NCBI GenBank assembly: GCA_045863335.1
Contig: BTVY01000001.1
Span: 168,671-232,670, forward strand
Origin: Candidatus Hydrogenedentota bacterium
GTDB lineage: Bacteria; Hydrogenedentota; Hydrogenedentia; Hydrogenedentales; SLHB01
Direction: 5' to 3'
Length of the DNA stretch: 64,000 bases
The notes under the pieces: generated by a model
The model's input: the letters and a program-made list of their open reading frames with translations, nothing else
Told to the model about the DNA's origin: nothing
The model's database searches: none
Program-made: the position numbers and the translations under genes
Shown: positions 48,646 through 59,012 of the stretch, in pieces
How positions within the stretch are numbered: the first letter of the stretch is position 1
Layout of the letters: every line of letters starts with the position of its first letter

Positions 48646-50625
48646 CTATCCCTGAATCTTGCTCTTGATTTGTTCCGTAGCCTGCGCGGCTTCGGCTTTT
48701 ACTTCCTCGTCCGCGAGGTAAGGTTCAACCAATGCCAGCGCGCGCTCGTCGCCGATCTCGGCGAGACCCGCGAGCACCAAACGCTTGTCGTCGGCGCTGG
48801 CGGCAAGTTTGGATGCCTCCTCGTACAGCGCGAGCGTTTCCTCGACCGGCCGGTCGCCGCCCTGTCGCAGCAGCCGCAGGAACCCGCGGAACGCGAGCGT
48901 CTTGTGCGTATTGTTGTCAGACGCCGACGCGATCTGACGCAGATCGTCGAGCGCATCCGCGGTAGGCCAGTCAGCCAAAGCCTTGACCGCCGCGTCTTTG
49001 ACGGGATCGGCTTTTGCAGACGCTACCAGGTCACGCAACTGCGGCAACGAACTCGGGTCGGCGATGCGTCCTACTACCCGGACCAGCGATGCACGAACTT
49101 CGGGCTTACCTTTGATGGTGGAGAAGGCCTGCGCGATTTGTTGCGCGCCTTTCTGCGGCGGATTAGTCCGTTGCACCGTCGATACGACGGCGTTTTCCGC
49201 GGCGGTCTGCGACGGATCGCCGTTGACCTTGACCAGGAGACCGATCAACGCCGCGAGGTCGCCTTCGTTCGCCAGTGCACCCAGGGCATCGAAGGACGCG
49301 TTGCGAACCGATTCGTCCTGGTCCGACGCGGCTTGAAGCAGCGTCGGGATTGCGGACTCGGCGCCCCGTGTCGCCAGGGCTTGGATCAGAACCGTCTTTG
49401 CGGGAGCTTGCGTATCCTGCATCGCGGTAACGATCGCGCCGTCCACGTCATCACCGCGAAGGGCGCCGAGCGTGGCGCGGGATACGCGCGCGACTTCCGC
49501 GTCATCCGACATGGACAAGGCGGCCAACTGCGAAACGGAGGACGCGTTGCCGACGGTGGCCAAGGCTTCGAGCGCCGCGATCTTCACGTCCGGATCGCTG
49601 CTGTCCAGTGCAGCCGTGACGGCCGGTAGCGCTTCGCCATCTTCACGCGCGCGCAGGGCGTACAGCGCGACAAGTTGACCGTGGGCGTCGAGACTGGGAA
49701 GTGCCGACGCCAACTCCGCGGTGACCTTTCCGCCCTCGAGCGTGCGCAACGCGCCAGCGGCAATCGCTTGAAGTCCAGCGTCGCTCCCTTTCAGCAGTTC
49801 GATCAACATCGGCAGGGAATCGGCGCCTTCCACGGCTACCAATCCCTCGATCGCCGCGATATGGGCTTCGCGCGATTCGGAATCGCTGTTCAGCTCCGTG
49901 AAGATCGCCTTCGCCTTCCCCTTCTGTCCGTTCTGCAGGTAGTTCGACGCGCACATGAGGTAGCCGTTCGTGATGGCCGGCTTGAGTTCTTCCGATGCAC
50001 TGCCACGCGCCTTTGCCAGGGCGTCAGCGGCCTTCTCACCCCCAATCCGGCCGAGCGCCGTCGCGGAGGCCTTCGCAACTGCCGGGTCTGGATCGTTCAG
50101 AAGGGTAGCGAGATCGGCAACGGCTTCTTCCTGCCCACGCATGCCGATGGAATTGATGATGCCGACCTGTACGCGGTCGTCGGCGTTTCCAAGGGCGGTC
50201 AACAGCGCGTCATCGGCGGCTTCACCCTCGATGCTTTCGAGGGCGTAGCGGGCCATGTCCGAGTGCTTCTCGTCGGTCAACATTTTCGCCAGCGCGGGTA
50301 CGCTCGCGTCCGTGCCGATGACGTAGAGCTGACGGCACACGAAATCCTTGCAGTCGTACGTGGCGTCCGACCCGAGGATCTCGATGAGCCCCTGCTCGAT
50401 CTGCTGGCGCATGGCGGCGTCGCCGTAGGACTTCGTGCAGTAGTCTTGCACGACGCTGAGCATCTCGCGGTTCTGGCCGAACTCGTAGGTGCGAATTTGC
50501 TGAAGCGCATCCGGCAGCGACGGAGTATCCTGCGCGAGGGCCGGCATACCCGCAACGACCGCCACTAACGCCGCAACCATGGCCCATCCGGCGCGGCTGT
50601 TTTTTTTATTGATTACGCGAATCAT
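48646..50625 (-). CDS. Exported HEAT-repeat protein
   Basis: Signal peptide ending PALA/QD; repeated Ala/Leu-rich helical pairs (ALGRIGG, ALATVGN, ALGALAN, ALADWP). Confidence 0.85.
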   Translation of the reverse strand: MIRVINKKNSRAGWAMVAALVAVVAGMPALAQDTPSLPDALQQIRTYEFGQNREMLSVVQDYCTKSYGDAAMRQQIEQGLIEILGSDATYDCKDFVCRQLYVIGTDASVPALAKMLTDEKHSDMARYALESIEGEAADDALLTALGNADDRVQVGIINSIGMRGQEEAVADLATLLNDPDPAVAKASATALGRIGGEKAADALAKARGSASEELKPAITNGYLMCASNYLQNGQKGKAKAIFTELNSDSESREAHIAAIEGLVAVEGADSLPMLIELLKGSDAGLQAIAAGALRTLEGGKVTAELASALPSLDAHGQLVALYALRAREDGEALPAVTAALDSSDPDVKIAALEALATVGNASSVSQLAALSMSDDAEVARVSRATLGALRGDDVDGAIVTAMQDTQAPAKTVLIQALATRGAESAIPTLLQAASDQDESVRNASFDALGALANEGDLAALIGLLVKVNGDPSQTAAENAVVSTVQRTNPPQKGAQQIAQAFSTIKGKPEVRASLVRVVGRIADPSSLPQLRDLVASAKADPVKDAAVKALADWPTADALDDLRQIASASDNNTHKTLAFRGFLRLLRQGGDRPVEETLALYEEASKLAASADDKRLVLAGLAEIGDERALALVEPYLADEEVKAEAAQATEQIKSKIQG

Positions 50626-50651
50626 GGTTCTATTCCCTTCCTTCCAGACGC

Positions 50652-51998
50652 TCAGACGCGCCACGGCGCCCGCAGCGAGGGCATCAGCATATTGTTGGCT
50701 TCGGCGTCGTTGATGAACTGTTCTTTGTCGGGGTCCCATTCGAGTTTGCGCCCCAGCAGCATGGCTATATTCGCGATGTGGCACATGGTCGCCGTGCGGT
50801 GGCCGACCTCGGGCGGCGCCATACACTCCCCGCGGACCTTCACGTTGTTCAGGAAGTCGCGATGGTGTCCGGGGCTTCGTCCGAGATGCTCCTCGTTGGG
50901 TCCGATGATCTCCTTGAGCAACGACGCCGGTTCGGCCTCGAGGTTGCCGCCGTGGATGTGGATGAACACCCAGCCGTCGGTGCCCTCAAACTTGATCCCC
51001 CGGGTGCCGCCGCATTTGCAGATCATCTTCACGCCGTTCGGATACTCGAACGTGAACTCGTAGTCCATGGCGGTGTTGAACATGCCGTCGCGCGGAAAGT
51101 CGCCCCAGCCTTCGATCGACTTGGGACCGCTCCGGTCGCTCGCGTTGCCGAGCTGGCCGAGATCGATGATGTGGGCGCCGCGGTCGGTCACTTCGCCGCC
51201 GGAATAATCGAGAATGTAGCGGAACCAGAAGTGGCAGCGTTTCTCCGTGTAGGTCGCCCACGGCCGCGGTCCGAGCCACATGTTGTAATCGAACCCTTCG
51301 GGAATCGGCATGGGCGGCTGGTTTTCGAGCGGTCCATGGTTGTCGATGGGAAGGTTCACGTGCATGGTATGGAGTTTGCCGATACGCCCGTTGCGCACCA
51401 GTTCGCAGGCGTAGCGCGCATTGCTCCGGCTGCGCTCGTGACTGCCGGTCTGGAAGACGCGTCCGTAACGTTTCACCGCATCGACCACGGCGCGGCCTTC
51501 GCCCACCGAGTTCGCGAGCGGCTTTTCGCAGTACATGTCCTTGCCGGCCTCCGCGGCGGCTACCGCAATCACGGCATGCCAGAAGTCCGGTGTACAGATA
51601 CAGACCGCGTCGATGTCTTCGCGCGCGAGGACTTCGCGGAAGTCGTTGTAGGAATTGCAGCCGTTGTACTGCCCGCTCTGCGTCTGCGCCGCGTACGTTT
51701 GATCGACGAGTTGTTGTGCGGCATCGCGATGATCGCAGTCCACGTCGCACACCGCAAGGACCTGCGCATCGGCCTGCCCCAGGAAGGCGCGCAGGTTGGC
51801 GGTACCCTGGCCGCCGACGCCGATGGAGGCCACCGTGATGCGGTTGCTCGGCGCCACGGTTCCGTCCAGCCCGAGCGCGGACGCGGGCACGATGTAGGGG
51901 AAACCGACCGCGCCCGCCGCAGCCAAAGCCCCCCGTTTCATGAACTGGCGCCGGCTCAACCCGGTTTGCGCAACGCCGGTCTTCTTGCTCCTCTTCAT
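50652..51998 (-). CDS. Tat-exported Gfo/Idh/MocA oxidoreductase
   Basis: SRRQFMK Tat motif, IGVGGQG, TPDFWH, YCEKP, WLGP, DRGAHIID. Confidence 0.92.
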   Translation of the reverse strand: MKRSKKTGVAQTGLSRRQFMKRGALAAAGAVGFPYIVPASALGLDGTVAPSNRITVASIGVGGQGTANLRAFLGQADAQVLAVCDVDCDHRDAAQQLVDQTYAAQTQSGQYNGCNSYNDFREVLAREDIDAVCICTPDFWHAVIAVAAAEAGKDMYCEKPLANSVGEGRAVVDAVKRYGRVFQTGSHERSRSNARYACELVRNGRIGKLHTMHVNLPIDNHGPLENQPPMPIPEGFDYNMWLGPRPWATYTEKRCHFWFRYILDYSGGEVTDRGAHIIDLGQLGNASDRSGPKSIEGWGDFPRDGMFNTAMDYEFTFEYPNGVKMICKCGGTRGIKFEGTDGWVFIHIHGGNLEAEPASLLKEIIGPNEEHLGRSPGHHRDFLNNVKVRGECMAPPEVGHRTATMCHIANIAMLLGRKLEWDPDKEQFINDAEANNMLMPSLRAPWRV

Positions 51999-52034
51999 GA
52001 TTGTCTCCTTTGAACGCTCACTCAATTCGCTCGC

Positions 52035-52140
52035 GGAAAAATAGGGACTGTTACCATTTAACTTCTGAACGATTGCCTTCTTCTCGATATCTGCGCAGTT
52101 AAATGGTGACTGTCCCTATTTTTCCCCGTCCCTATTTTTC
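52035..52140. repeat. 29-bp inverted repeat (REP/MITE-like) with partial duplication
   Basis: ggaaaaatagggactgttaccatttaact (52035-52063) / agttaaatggtgactgtccctatttttcc (52097-52125), 2 mismatches; gtccctatttttc repeated at 52128-52140. Confidence 0.8.
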
Positions 52141-52158
52141 TCCACCTGTTTTTCTCCC

Positions 52159-53496
52159 TCATACACTCCACGGCGCGCGCATTGACCGCGAAAGCATCCG
52201 ATTCGCTTCCTCGTCTCCTTCGAACCGCTCCTGCTCGGGGTTCCATTTCAGCCCGCGCCCGAGCAGCAACGCGATGGTGCCCACGTGGCACACGGACGCG
52301 GACCGGTGCCCGATCTCGATGGACGCCGCGGTTTCGCCACGGGTTTTCATGCAGTGCAGGAAGTTCCCGTGGTGATTGTCGCTGGCGTAAAGACGAATCT
52401 CGTTCGGACCCACCGCCGCTTCGGCAACCTTCTCAGGATACGCTTTGATGGCGTCGCTTTCCACATACAGCCATCCTTCGCTTCCCTCAAAGCGCATGCC
52501 CCACTGGGACGTGTCTTCGGTGGCAGTCGAGACCATCTTGACGCCGTTGGCGTAGGTGAACTCGATACGATGATCGATGGGCGCGTCGTAGATGCCTTCT
52601 TCCGGGAACACACCGGTTGCTTCGATGGCGACGGGGCCGGAATGGTCGGTGCCGTTGCCCCACTGGCCGATGTCGTAGTAGTGAGCGCCCCAGTCGGAGA
52701 TGTAGCCTTCGGAGTAGTCCATGATCCAGCGGAAGTTGAAGTGGCAGCGGCCCGGCGTATACGGCGCCCAGGGCGCGGGACCGAGCCACAGGTCGTAGTC
52801 GAACCCCTCGGGGACCGGCTGTGGCGGCGTGTTGGGACCATACTCGCCGCCGCGGATGGCGAAGCCTTTGGGCACACCGATCTGGATCGTCTGCAGTGCG
52901 CCGATGTAGCCGTTGCGAATCAGTTCGCAGGCGCGGCGGCAGCCCTCGCGGGAGCGGCGCCAGGTGCCGGTCTGCAACACGCGGCCGTAGTGATTCACCG
53001 TATCCACCATGGCGCGGCCATCGGCGACGGTTAGCGACACGGGCTTCTCGCAGTAGATGTCCTTGCCGGCGCGCGCGGCGGCAACGGTAATCACCGAATG
53101 CCAGTGGTCGGGCGTTCCTATTGAAACCGCATCAATATCGTCGCGATCGATGATCGCGCGGAAGTCCGTATACGTGGCGCAGCCGGTATCGCCGTAGTGA
53201 TCGTCCACGATCTTCTTGGCGGCGGCGCAGCGTCCCGCGTCGACGTCGCACACAGCGACCACCTGCGCGCCCGCTTGCGCGAGGAATGCCCGCATGTTGC
53301 TCGACCCCTGACCGCCGACACCGATGCAACCGATGGTGATTCGATTGCTCGGGGCCGTCGTCCCGTCCGCGCCCAGGGCGGATGCCGGAACGATCGCAGG
53401 GATTCCCGCCATCGCGGCGGCGGTTGCGGAGGTTCTCAAGAAACTGCGGCGGGATACGGTGTTTTGTGAAAGAGACGTTGGCTCGTACTTCTTCAT
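52159..53496 (-). CDS. Tat-exported Gfo/Idh/MocA oxidoreductase (paralog)
   Basis: SRRSFLR, IGVGGQG, TPDHWH, YCEKP, DWGAHYYD. Confidence 0.92.
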   Translation of the reverse strand: MKKYEPTSLSQNTVSRRSFLRTSATAAAMAGIPAIVPASALGADGTTAPSNRITIGCIGVGGQGSSNMRAFLAQAGAQVVAVCDVDAGRCAAAKKIVDDHYGDTGCATYTDFRAIIDRDDIDAVSIGTPDHWHSVITVAAARAGKDIYCEKPVSLTVADGRAMVDTVNHYGRVLQTGTWRRSREGCRRACELIRNGYIGALQTIQIGVPKGFAIRGGEYGPNTPPQPVPEGFDYDLWLGPAPWAPYTPGRCHFNFRWIMDYSEGYISDWGAHYYDIGQWGNGTDHSGPVAIEATGVFPEEGIYDAPIDHRIEFTYANGVKMVSTATEDTSQWGMRFEGSEGWLYVESDAIKAYPEKVAEAAVGPNEIRLYASDNHHGNFLHCMKTRGETAASIEIGHRSASVCHVGTIALLLGRGLKWNPEQERFEGDEEANRMLSRSMRAPWSV

Positions 53497-53501
53497 AGAC
53501 T

Positions 53502-53924
53502 TCAAATTCCTGCTCCACAGTTTGGGCAACGGTGTGCGCTGCCGTCAACGCGCGTGCCGCAATAGGTGCAACTGCGGTACTGCGGCTCCGGCGAATGCAT
53601 TGCGATCGCTTCGGGCTCGGGACGGTAAAGCTCGACCGGTTCCGGTTCGTCATGAACAACCGCGCCTGGGGCTCCCCCTTTTACAAATGCGATAACGACG
53701 GCCACAAATCCGCTGATGGCCATCATGGTAAACACAATGCCAAACAGCGTGAAGATGACGGGCGCGCCCATAGCCCGTGCCGAGGTCGTCCAGAATAATG
53801 CGAAACCGACGACCATCAGCATTACGATCAATCCTGGGATCAGAACGAGGCGGCCGCCCGGCTGGGTCCCGCGCGAAGCGCCGTAGTGCGTGCGTACCCG
53901 TTGTCTTCGGTGCCGTCGTCCCAT
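53502..53924 (-). CDS. Two-TM protein with C-terminal zinc ribbon
   Basis: Two hydrophobic helices; CTYC...CPNCGA. Confidence 0.75.
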   Translation of the reverse strand: MGRRHRRQRVRTHYGASRGTQPGGRLVLIPGLIVMLMVVGFALFWTTSARAMGAPVIFTLFGIVFTMMAISGFVAVVIAFVKGGAPGAVVHDEPEPVELYRPEPEAIAMHSPEPQYRSCTYCGTRVDGSAHRCPNCGAGI

Positions 53925-53926
53925 GC

Positions 53927-55447
53927 TTAGAAGATCCCCCGACGATCTCGTTCGGCGCAGCTTAACTCGCCGCCGTCTGCCTTGACGTTCAATTCGCGGA
54001 ACGACGCCGCATCGAGTTCCGGAAGCGATTGCACGCGATCAAGAAACCGTTCCCGCTCCGCGTCGGACACGATGCCTTCGGTAAGCGTGGTGAACTTATT
54101 AATGTAATCCTTCCGCTCAAACGGCCGCGCGCCGAGCGAATGCGCGTTGGCCACGGCAAGCTCGTCCACCAGGGTGTCGCCATTCTTGAATTGAATCTCC
54201 ACGCGACCGCCGAAGGCCTTCTCCTTCGGATCGCTGCTGTGATACCGGCGCGTCCACTCGGGATCTTCGCAGGTGCCGATCTTGTGCCACAGCGCCACCG
54301 TATCCGGGCGCGACGCGCGCTCCGGCGTGTAGCTGTCGACGTGATGCCAGCGGCCGTCCTGCAAGGCAACGGCAAAGATATACATGATGCTGTGATCGAG
54401 CGTTTCCCGGCTAGCCTTCGGGTCCATCTTCTGCGGGTCGTTCGCGCCCGCGCCGATGACGTAATGGGTGTGATGGCTCGTGTGAATCGTGATGAATTCG
54501 ATATTGTCGAGGTTCTCGATGCGCTCGCGCATGCGAAAAGCAAGATCGATGAGCGCCTGCGACTGGTACTCCGCGGAGTGCTCCTTCGTATACGAATCAA
54601 GAATCGCGCGCAACGACTCGCCCGGATCGGGCAGCGGCACTTCATAACGGCTGTCAGGGCCGTCGAGCATATAGGCGAGCACGCTGTCTTCGCCTTCGTA
54701 AATGGGCGACGGACTCTTCTCGCCCCGCATGGCCCGGTCGACGGCCTCGACCGCAAGCTTCCCCGCGTGAGCCGGCGCGTAGGCTTTCCAACTGGAGATC
54801 TCGCCCTTGCGCGACTGGCGCGTGGAGAATGCGACGTGCACGGCCTGTTGAATCGCCTGATAGACCGTATCGGTATCGAGCCCCAGCAACGAACCAATGC
54901 CCGCGGCCTGTGCGGGACAGAGATGGGCGATATGATCCTTCTTGTGGGCGTGCAGGCAAATGCCTTTGACGAGATTGATCTGGATTTCGTACCCGACGAG
55001 GATCGCGCGTATCAGATCTTCCCCGGTGAGGTTGTAGCGGGTTCCACACTGCTGCGCGACCGCGAGAATGGGCGGAATGTTGTCGCCGGGATGGGAGTAG
55101 TCCGCCGCGAGAAAGGTGTCGTGCATGTCCAGTTCGCGGACCGCGGTGCCGTTGGCCCAGGCCGCCCATTCGGCGTCGCAACCAAACGATTTGGAAATGC
55201 CGAAAACCTGCGCGCCGCCTTCACGCGGATGCGCAAGCGCCTGGCTTCGCGCGTTCGCCACGGGCGCGCGATTGATCGCGGCCAAGGCCACCGCGGCATT
55301 GTCGATGATGCGGTTGATGACCATCTCGGACGCCGCGGCGTCCAGCGGCGCGCGATCCGTGGCGATGGCCGCCAGCTTCCATGCGAGTTGATCGTTCTTG
55401 GGCAACGCTTCTTTCGAGCGATACACCCGTACCGAGTGGTTCTTCAT
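53927..55447 (-). CDS. prpD: MmgE/PrpD family 2-methylcitrate dehydratase
   Basis: [51 protein letters not shown]; GGAGG RBS. Confidence 0.9.
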   Translation of the reverse strand: MKNHSVRVYRSKEALPKNDQLAWKLAAIATDRAPLDAAASEMVINRIIDNAAVALAAINRAPVANARSQALAHPREGGAQVFGISKSFGCDAEWAAWANGTAVRELDMHDTFLAADYSHPGDNIPPILAVAQQCGTRYNLTGEDLIRAILVGYEIQINLVKGICLHAHKKDHIAHLCPAQAAGIGSLLGLDTDTVYQAIQQAVHVAFSTRQSRKGEISSWKAYAPAHAGKLAVEAVDRAMRGEKSPSPIYEGEDSVLAYMLDGPDSRYEVPLPDPGESLRAILDSYTKEHSAEYQSQALIDLAFRMRERIENLDNIEFITIHTSHHTHYVIGAGANDPQKMDPKASRETLDHSIMYIFAVALQDGRWHHVDSYTPERASRPDTVALWHKIGTCEDPEWTRRYHSSDPKEKAFGGRVEIQFKNGDTLVDELAVANAHSLGARPFERKDYINKFTTLTEGIVSDAERERFLDRVQSLPELDAASFRELNVKADGGELSCAERDRRGIF

Positions 55448-55600
55448 CCGCCTCCGTGCAACAAAACCGGTTCGCAGCGATTGGGCACCGTGAGACGCGT
55501 AGTATTGCACTTGACGGCGGGTATTTCCAGAGCGGATATGCGATCAAGCCATCCATGGTTGCGGATCGCACTCGCCGGGCTGTTCTACGGCGCTCCCAGG

Positions 55601-56083
55601 TCAGCGGCGGTTGGCGTGGACGAGATCGTCGAGGCGTTGGAGAAAACGGGAGCGGTCGGTCTTCGCGAAGGGGGCCGGACCGCCGGTCATGGTCCCGTGT
55701 TCGCGCATGTGGGACAGGATTTCGCGGGTGGCCAACGCGTCGCCGATGGAGGCCTCCGTGAACACGCGACCCTTGGGACCTAACGCAAACGCGCCCTGTT
55801 TCAGACACCGCGCGGCAAGCGGGATATCGGCGGTCACCACAATGTCGCGTTCGCGGACATGCTCGACGATCCAATCGTCCGCCGCATCGAAGCCATCATC
55901 CACGACGACGAGTTCGATGCCGTCCTCCTCGGGAACGCGCATCCACGTGTTGGCAACGAGAACGACGCGCAGGCCGTAGCGTTTGGCCACGCGATAGACC
56001 TCGTCCTTCACCGGACAGCCGTCCGCGTCGACGAAGATCGACGGCGGCGTGGCTTCCTCCGAATGCTCGTCGTCGAAGGTCAT
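55601..56083 (-). CDS. YaiI/YqxD (UPF0178) family protein
   Basis: FVDADGCPVK, DAADDWI, VTADIPLA, TGGPAPF. Confidence 0.93.
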   Translation of the reverse strand: MTFDDEHSEEATPPSIFVDADGCPVKDEVYRVAKRYGLRVVLVANTWMRVPEEDGIELVVVDDGFDAADDWIVEHVRERDIVVTADIPLAARCLKQGAFALGPKGRVFTEASIGDALATREILSHMREHGTMTGGPAPFAKTDRSRFLQRLDDLVHANRR

Positions 56084-56100
56084 CTACGATAGGTTTCCCT

Positions 56101-56454
56101 CTATGACGAATGGAGCGCGATGCGGTTGCCTTCGCTGTCGAACACGACGGCGCGACTCCCCCACGGCTCGATGGAGCGCGGCGGCTGCAACACTTTCCCG
56201 CCGTTGGCTTCGACTGCCGCAACGGCCGCGTCGAGCCGGCCATCGCAGTTGAAGTACAGGAGCGCGCCGTTGCTGGACGGTTCCATGCCCGGTTTCGAAT
56301 ACAGGCAGCCGGACATCTCCCCCGCTCCGTGTTCGATGACGGCGACGCCGGGACGATCTTCGACGACCTTCGCGTCGAGGACTGCCGAGTAAAACTGGAT
56401 TGCCCGTTTCAGATCGCTGACAGGCAGGTCGAACCAAATCACGCGGTTGGCCAT
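56101..56454 (-). CDS. VOC/glyoxalase family protein
   Basis: WFDLPVSDLKRAIQFY, GGKVL, DSEGNRIALHS; AAGGAG RBS. Confidence 0.9.
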   Translation of the reverse strand: MANRVIWFDLPVSDLKRAIQFYSAVLDAKVVEDRPGVAVIEHGAGEMSGCLYSKPGMEPSSNGALLYFNCDGRLDAAVAAVEANGGKVLQPPRSIEPWGSRAVVFDSEGNRIALHSS

Positions 56455-56600
56455 GGATGCTGCTCCTTCGAATTTCCCGCGCGCAACCTCCGTTGCGCCA
56501 CGGCCCCCTATTTGCGCTTGCGCCGGCCTTTCACCGGCGAAGGCTTCCCCCTAACGGTAGCACGAGCGGGTTGGACGCGGCCAATTCTGCGTGCGAGAAC

Positions 56601-56801
56601 TCAGTCGTGGTGATCCGCCGGACGAAGATTCTCGGCATCCGCGAGTTTACCGGCGAGTTGCGCGGGGTTGTGAATGAGAATCGGCAAATGCTGCGGACAG
56701 ATCCACGTACGTTCGCCGCGGTACTCAAGGGGAATCAACGGTGTGGCATCGGAATCGCGTTCGCACGCCAGGCATCGGGGGATCGGTTCGTACTTGGTCA
56801 C
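56601..56801 (-). CDS. Small putative metal-binding protein (66 aa)
   Basis: CLAC...CPQH, His-rich end; AAGGGAG RBS before GTG. Confidence 0.7.
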   Translation of the reverse strand: MTKYEPIPRCLACERDSDATPLIPLEYRGERTWICPQHLPILIHNPAQLAGKLADAENLRPADHHD

Positions 56802-56973
56802 GGACTTGTCTCCCTTAGGTTGTCACCAGTGGGCTAAGAATTCATTCTACCCGAGTGGACTTTGGAATGTGAAAAGGGAGTTGCTCGATCGGAGACGCTC
56901 ACTCGCGTCGCCGGCATATTCTCCCTTTCCGTCATTGACCGAGTGGGTCGGCGTATCAAACGAGGTCTGAAAT

Positions 56974-57133
56974 ACATCCCCCTTGATCCCCCTTCAAAGG
57001 GGGAATTTTGCATACCCGCAGTTGTCAGTTTATACAGTGCGACCTGCGCCGAACCCGGGGGCTTTCCTCCTATCTCGCACAACGCGAAGCGTTGTGGGGA
57101 ATTCCCCCATTGAAGGGGGATCAAGGGGGATGT
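56974..57133. mobile_element. MITE/REP-doublet-like element with 34-bp terminal inverted repeats
   Basis: acatcccccttgatcccccttcaaagggggaatt / aattcccccattgaagggggatcaagggggatgt, 1 mismatch; non-coding 92-bp core. Confidence 0.65.
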
Positions 57134-57157
57134 TCTTCTCGGTTTATCCCTACACGA

Positions 57158-58837
57158 CTACTTCCGCACGTAGACTTGGTATTCGTAGGTGAGGTTCTTC
57201 TCTTCGCCGGAGGCGAGTTCGATCTCCCAGGTCAACTCGTGTTTCGGATTCGTTTGCTTGAGACCTTTGCCGGTCTGCACGTCTTTGGCCGAGGGCGTCG
57301 TATTCAGGACTTTGCCGGACAACTCTTTCGTGATCTCCATGGTGACGGCCTTGCCGTGGCGGTTTTGGACCCGGAGTTCGCCGCGGAGCGTGACCAAGTC
57401 GTAGGCCCACCCCTGGAAGCTCGTCGCGTTCATAACGCGATCCGTTTCGATCTCCGCCTGTTCCGCGAGGACGTTCATGGCGCGGTTGATCCGGATCGTC
57501 GTTTCGGCGCCGGGCGCGGTGTAGTAGCAGATGTCCTGCCCCGTGAACGCGCCCTTAGTGACGAATTCGGCGGGCGCGGTGGTGAGCGGCATGTCCAAGG
57601 GATTCACGATGCGGCAGGAGTGCCAGACCTCTTCGGGGTTGATGCCTTCCGGCGCGTTGGGCTGACTCTGATAGTGGCCTTCACTATTGAGAAAGTCTGC
57701 AATCTTCCAGGTGTAAATATGCTCGTACGGCATATCGGCCGTGAACAGCGGAATCCAGGCCGTCTCGCCGCGCTTCAGCGTGACCCGATCGACGGGATAG
57801 AGGAAGAGGTCCTCTGCGGAGGCGCCTTCGGCCGCAGTCGAGTACGAGGGCAAGGGCACGTCGCTCGGACTAAAGAATACCGCCGCATTAGACATGACGG
57901 CCTGTTGCATGACCACGTTGCGATTGGATTCGCTCGCGCCGCGAGTCAGGGCTTCGAGAAACTCGGCGAGTTTCTGGCTCTGCGCAACGGGGCTGACGAC
58001 GTCGCTGAACTTGATGTTCGGAAACCCGGTGATCAGTTCCAACTCGACGTCGTCGAGATCGGCCACTTCGTTGATCACCAAGGCGCGCGCGCTGAACCGC
58101 GCCGTCTCGGGGTCGGAGAGGTCGATGCGGTATGCAGGCGACCAGGTAATCCCGCGGGCGAGATAGCTGACTGACACCTGTTCGCCGGCCGAGGGCTTGG
58201 CCAGTTCCATGCGAATGGCGGGCCGTTTCTGGGGGACCGGCACCGTCCCGGAGACGTCGCCGCCTTCCACGTGGGCGCTAACAACGGAGTGGGGATTCAC
58301 CGCGACGATCCCGGATTCGGTTTCGATCATGACGAGTTGGCCGCCGCCCGCCGGGGGCATGAAACGGGTCTCCGCCGTTTCAGGCGAGCGTCCACCCATG
58401 AAGTACGGGTTGGTTTCAGCGGTAGTTCTTACATCGGCGAAGGGCAGGATGGTTCCGTGAATGGGGTCCAACCCTTCCTGCGGCAGGTAGAGCGTCACAC
58501 GCTTCCCCACGTTGCCGTAGAGGAGATCGGCCACGGATTGCGCCGCGCGCTGATCCTCAAAGTCTTCCATGCCTGTGATGAGTGAAAGCAGTCGCAGCTC
58601 TTCTGGGTACGCCACCCAGAAGGTGCCCAGCGACGGTACCGGCAGCTGCCCGAGCCGGACCGTGCTTGCGCCTTCGGGCAGGCTCGCGGAGGCGTTGAAG
58701 TAGCCCAGGCCGTTCTTGAACAGGGCGACTTTCTGGATGGTAACCGGAGCGTTGGCGGGCGAATCCGCGTAGGCGGAAAACGTAATAGCGAGGAGTGCGG
58801 CGGATGCCGTGAACAGGCGACCGATGGGAGCGTGCAT
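57158..58837 (-). CDS. Exported DUF4139/DUF4140-like protein
   Basis: Signal peptide ending SAYA/D; VALFKNG, SYLARGITWSPAYRIDL, DLFLY. Confidence 0.75.
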   Translation of the reverse strand: MHAPIGRLFTASAALLAITFSAYADSPANAPVTIQKVALFKNGLGYFNASASLPEGASTVRLGQLPVPSLGTFWVAYPEELRLLSLITGMEDFEDQRAAQSVADLLYGNVGKRVTLYLPQEGLDPIHGTILPFADVRTTAETNPYFMGGRSPETAETRFMPPAGGGQLVMIETESGIVAVNPHSVVSAHVEGGDVSGTVPVPQKRPAIRMELAKPSAGEQVSVSYLARGITWSPAYRIDLSDPETARFSARALVINEVADLDDVELELITGFPNIKFSDVVSPVAQSQKLAEFLEALTRGASESNRNVVMQQAVMSNAAVFFSPSDVPLPSYSTAAEGASAEDLFLYPVDRVTLKRGETAWIPLFTADMPYEHIYTWKIADFLNSEGHYQSQPNAPEGINPEEVWHSCRIVNPLDMPLTTAPAEFVTKGAFTGQDICYYTAPGAETTIRINRAMNVLAEQAEIETDRVMNATSFQGWAYDLVTLRGELRVQNRHGKAVTMEITKELSGKVLNTTPSAKDVQTGKGLKQTNPKHELTWEIELASGEEKNLTYEYQVYVRK

Positions 58838-58880
58838 TGCTGGATCTCCTTCGTGGACTCGGGGATGCCGAGCCGGTTCC

Positions 58881-58916
58881 ATGGACGATATGGACGTTAT
58901 GGACAGTATGGACGAA
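58881..58916. repeat. Tandem 9-mer ATGGACNNN x4
   Basis: atggacgat atggacgtt atggacagt atggacgaa. Confidence 0.8.
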
Positions 58917-59012
58917 GCGGCGTCCGGAGTTGTGAGGAATATGTCAGGCGAATGCAAAAGCCTTCTAAAATGAGAGACGGCGAAGAGGATGCGAAACGAG
59001 GAAGCATCCTTC

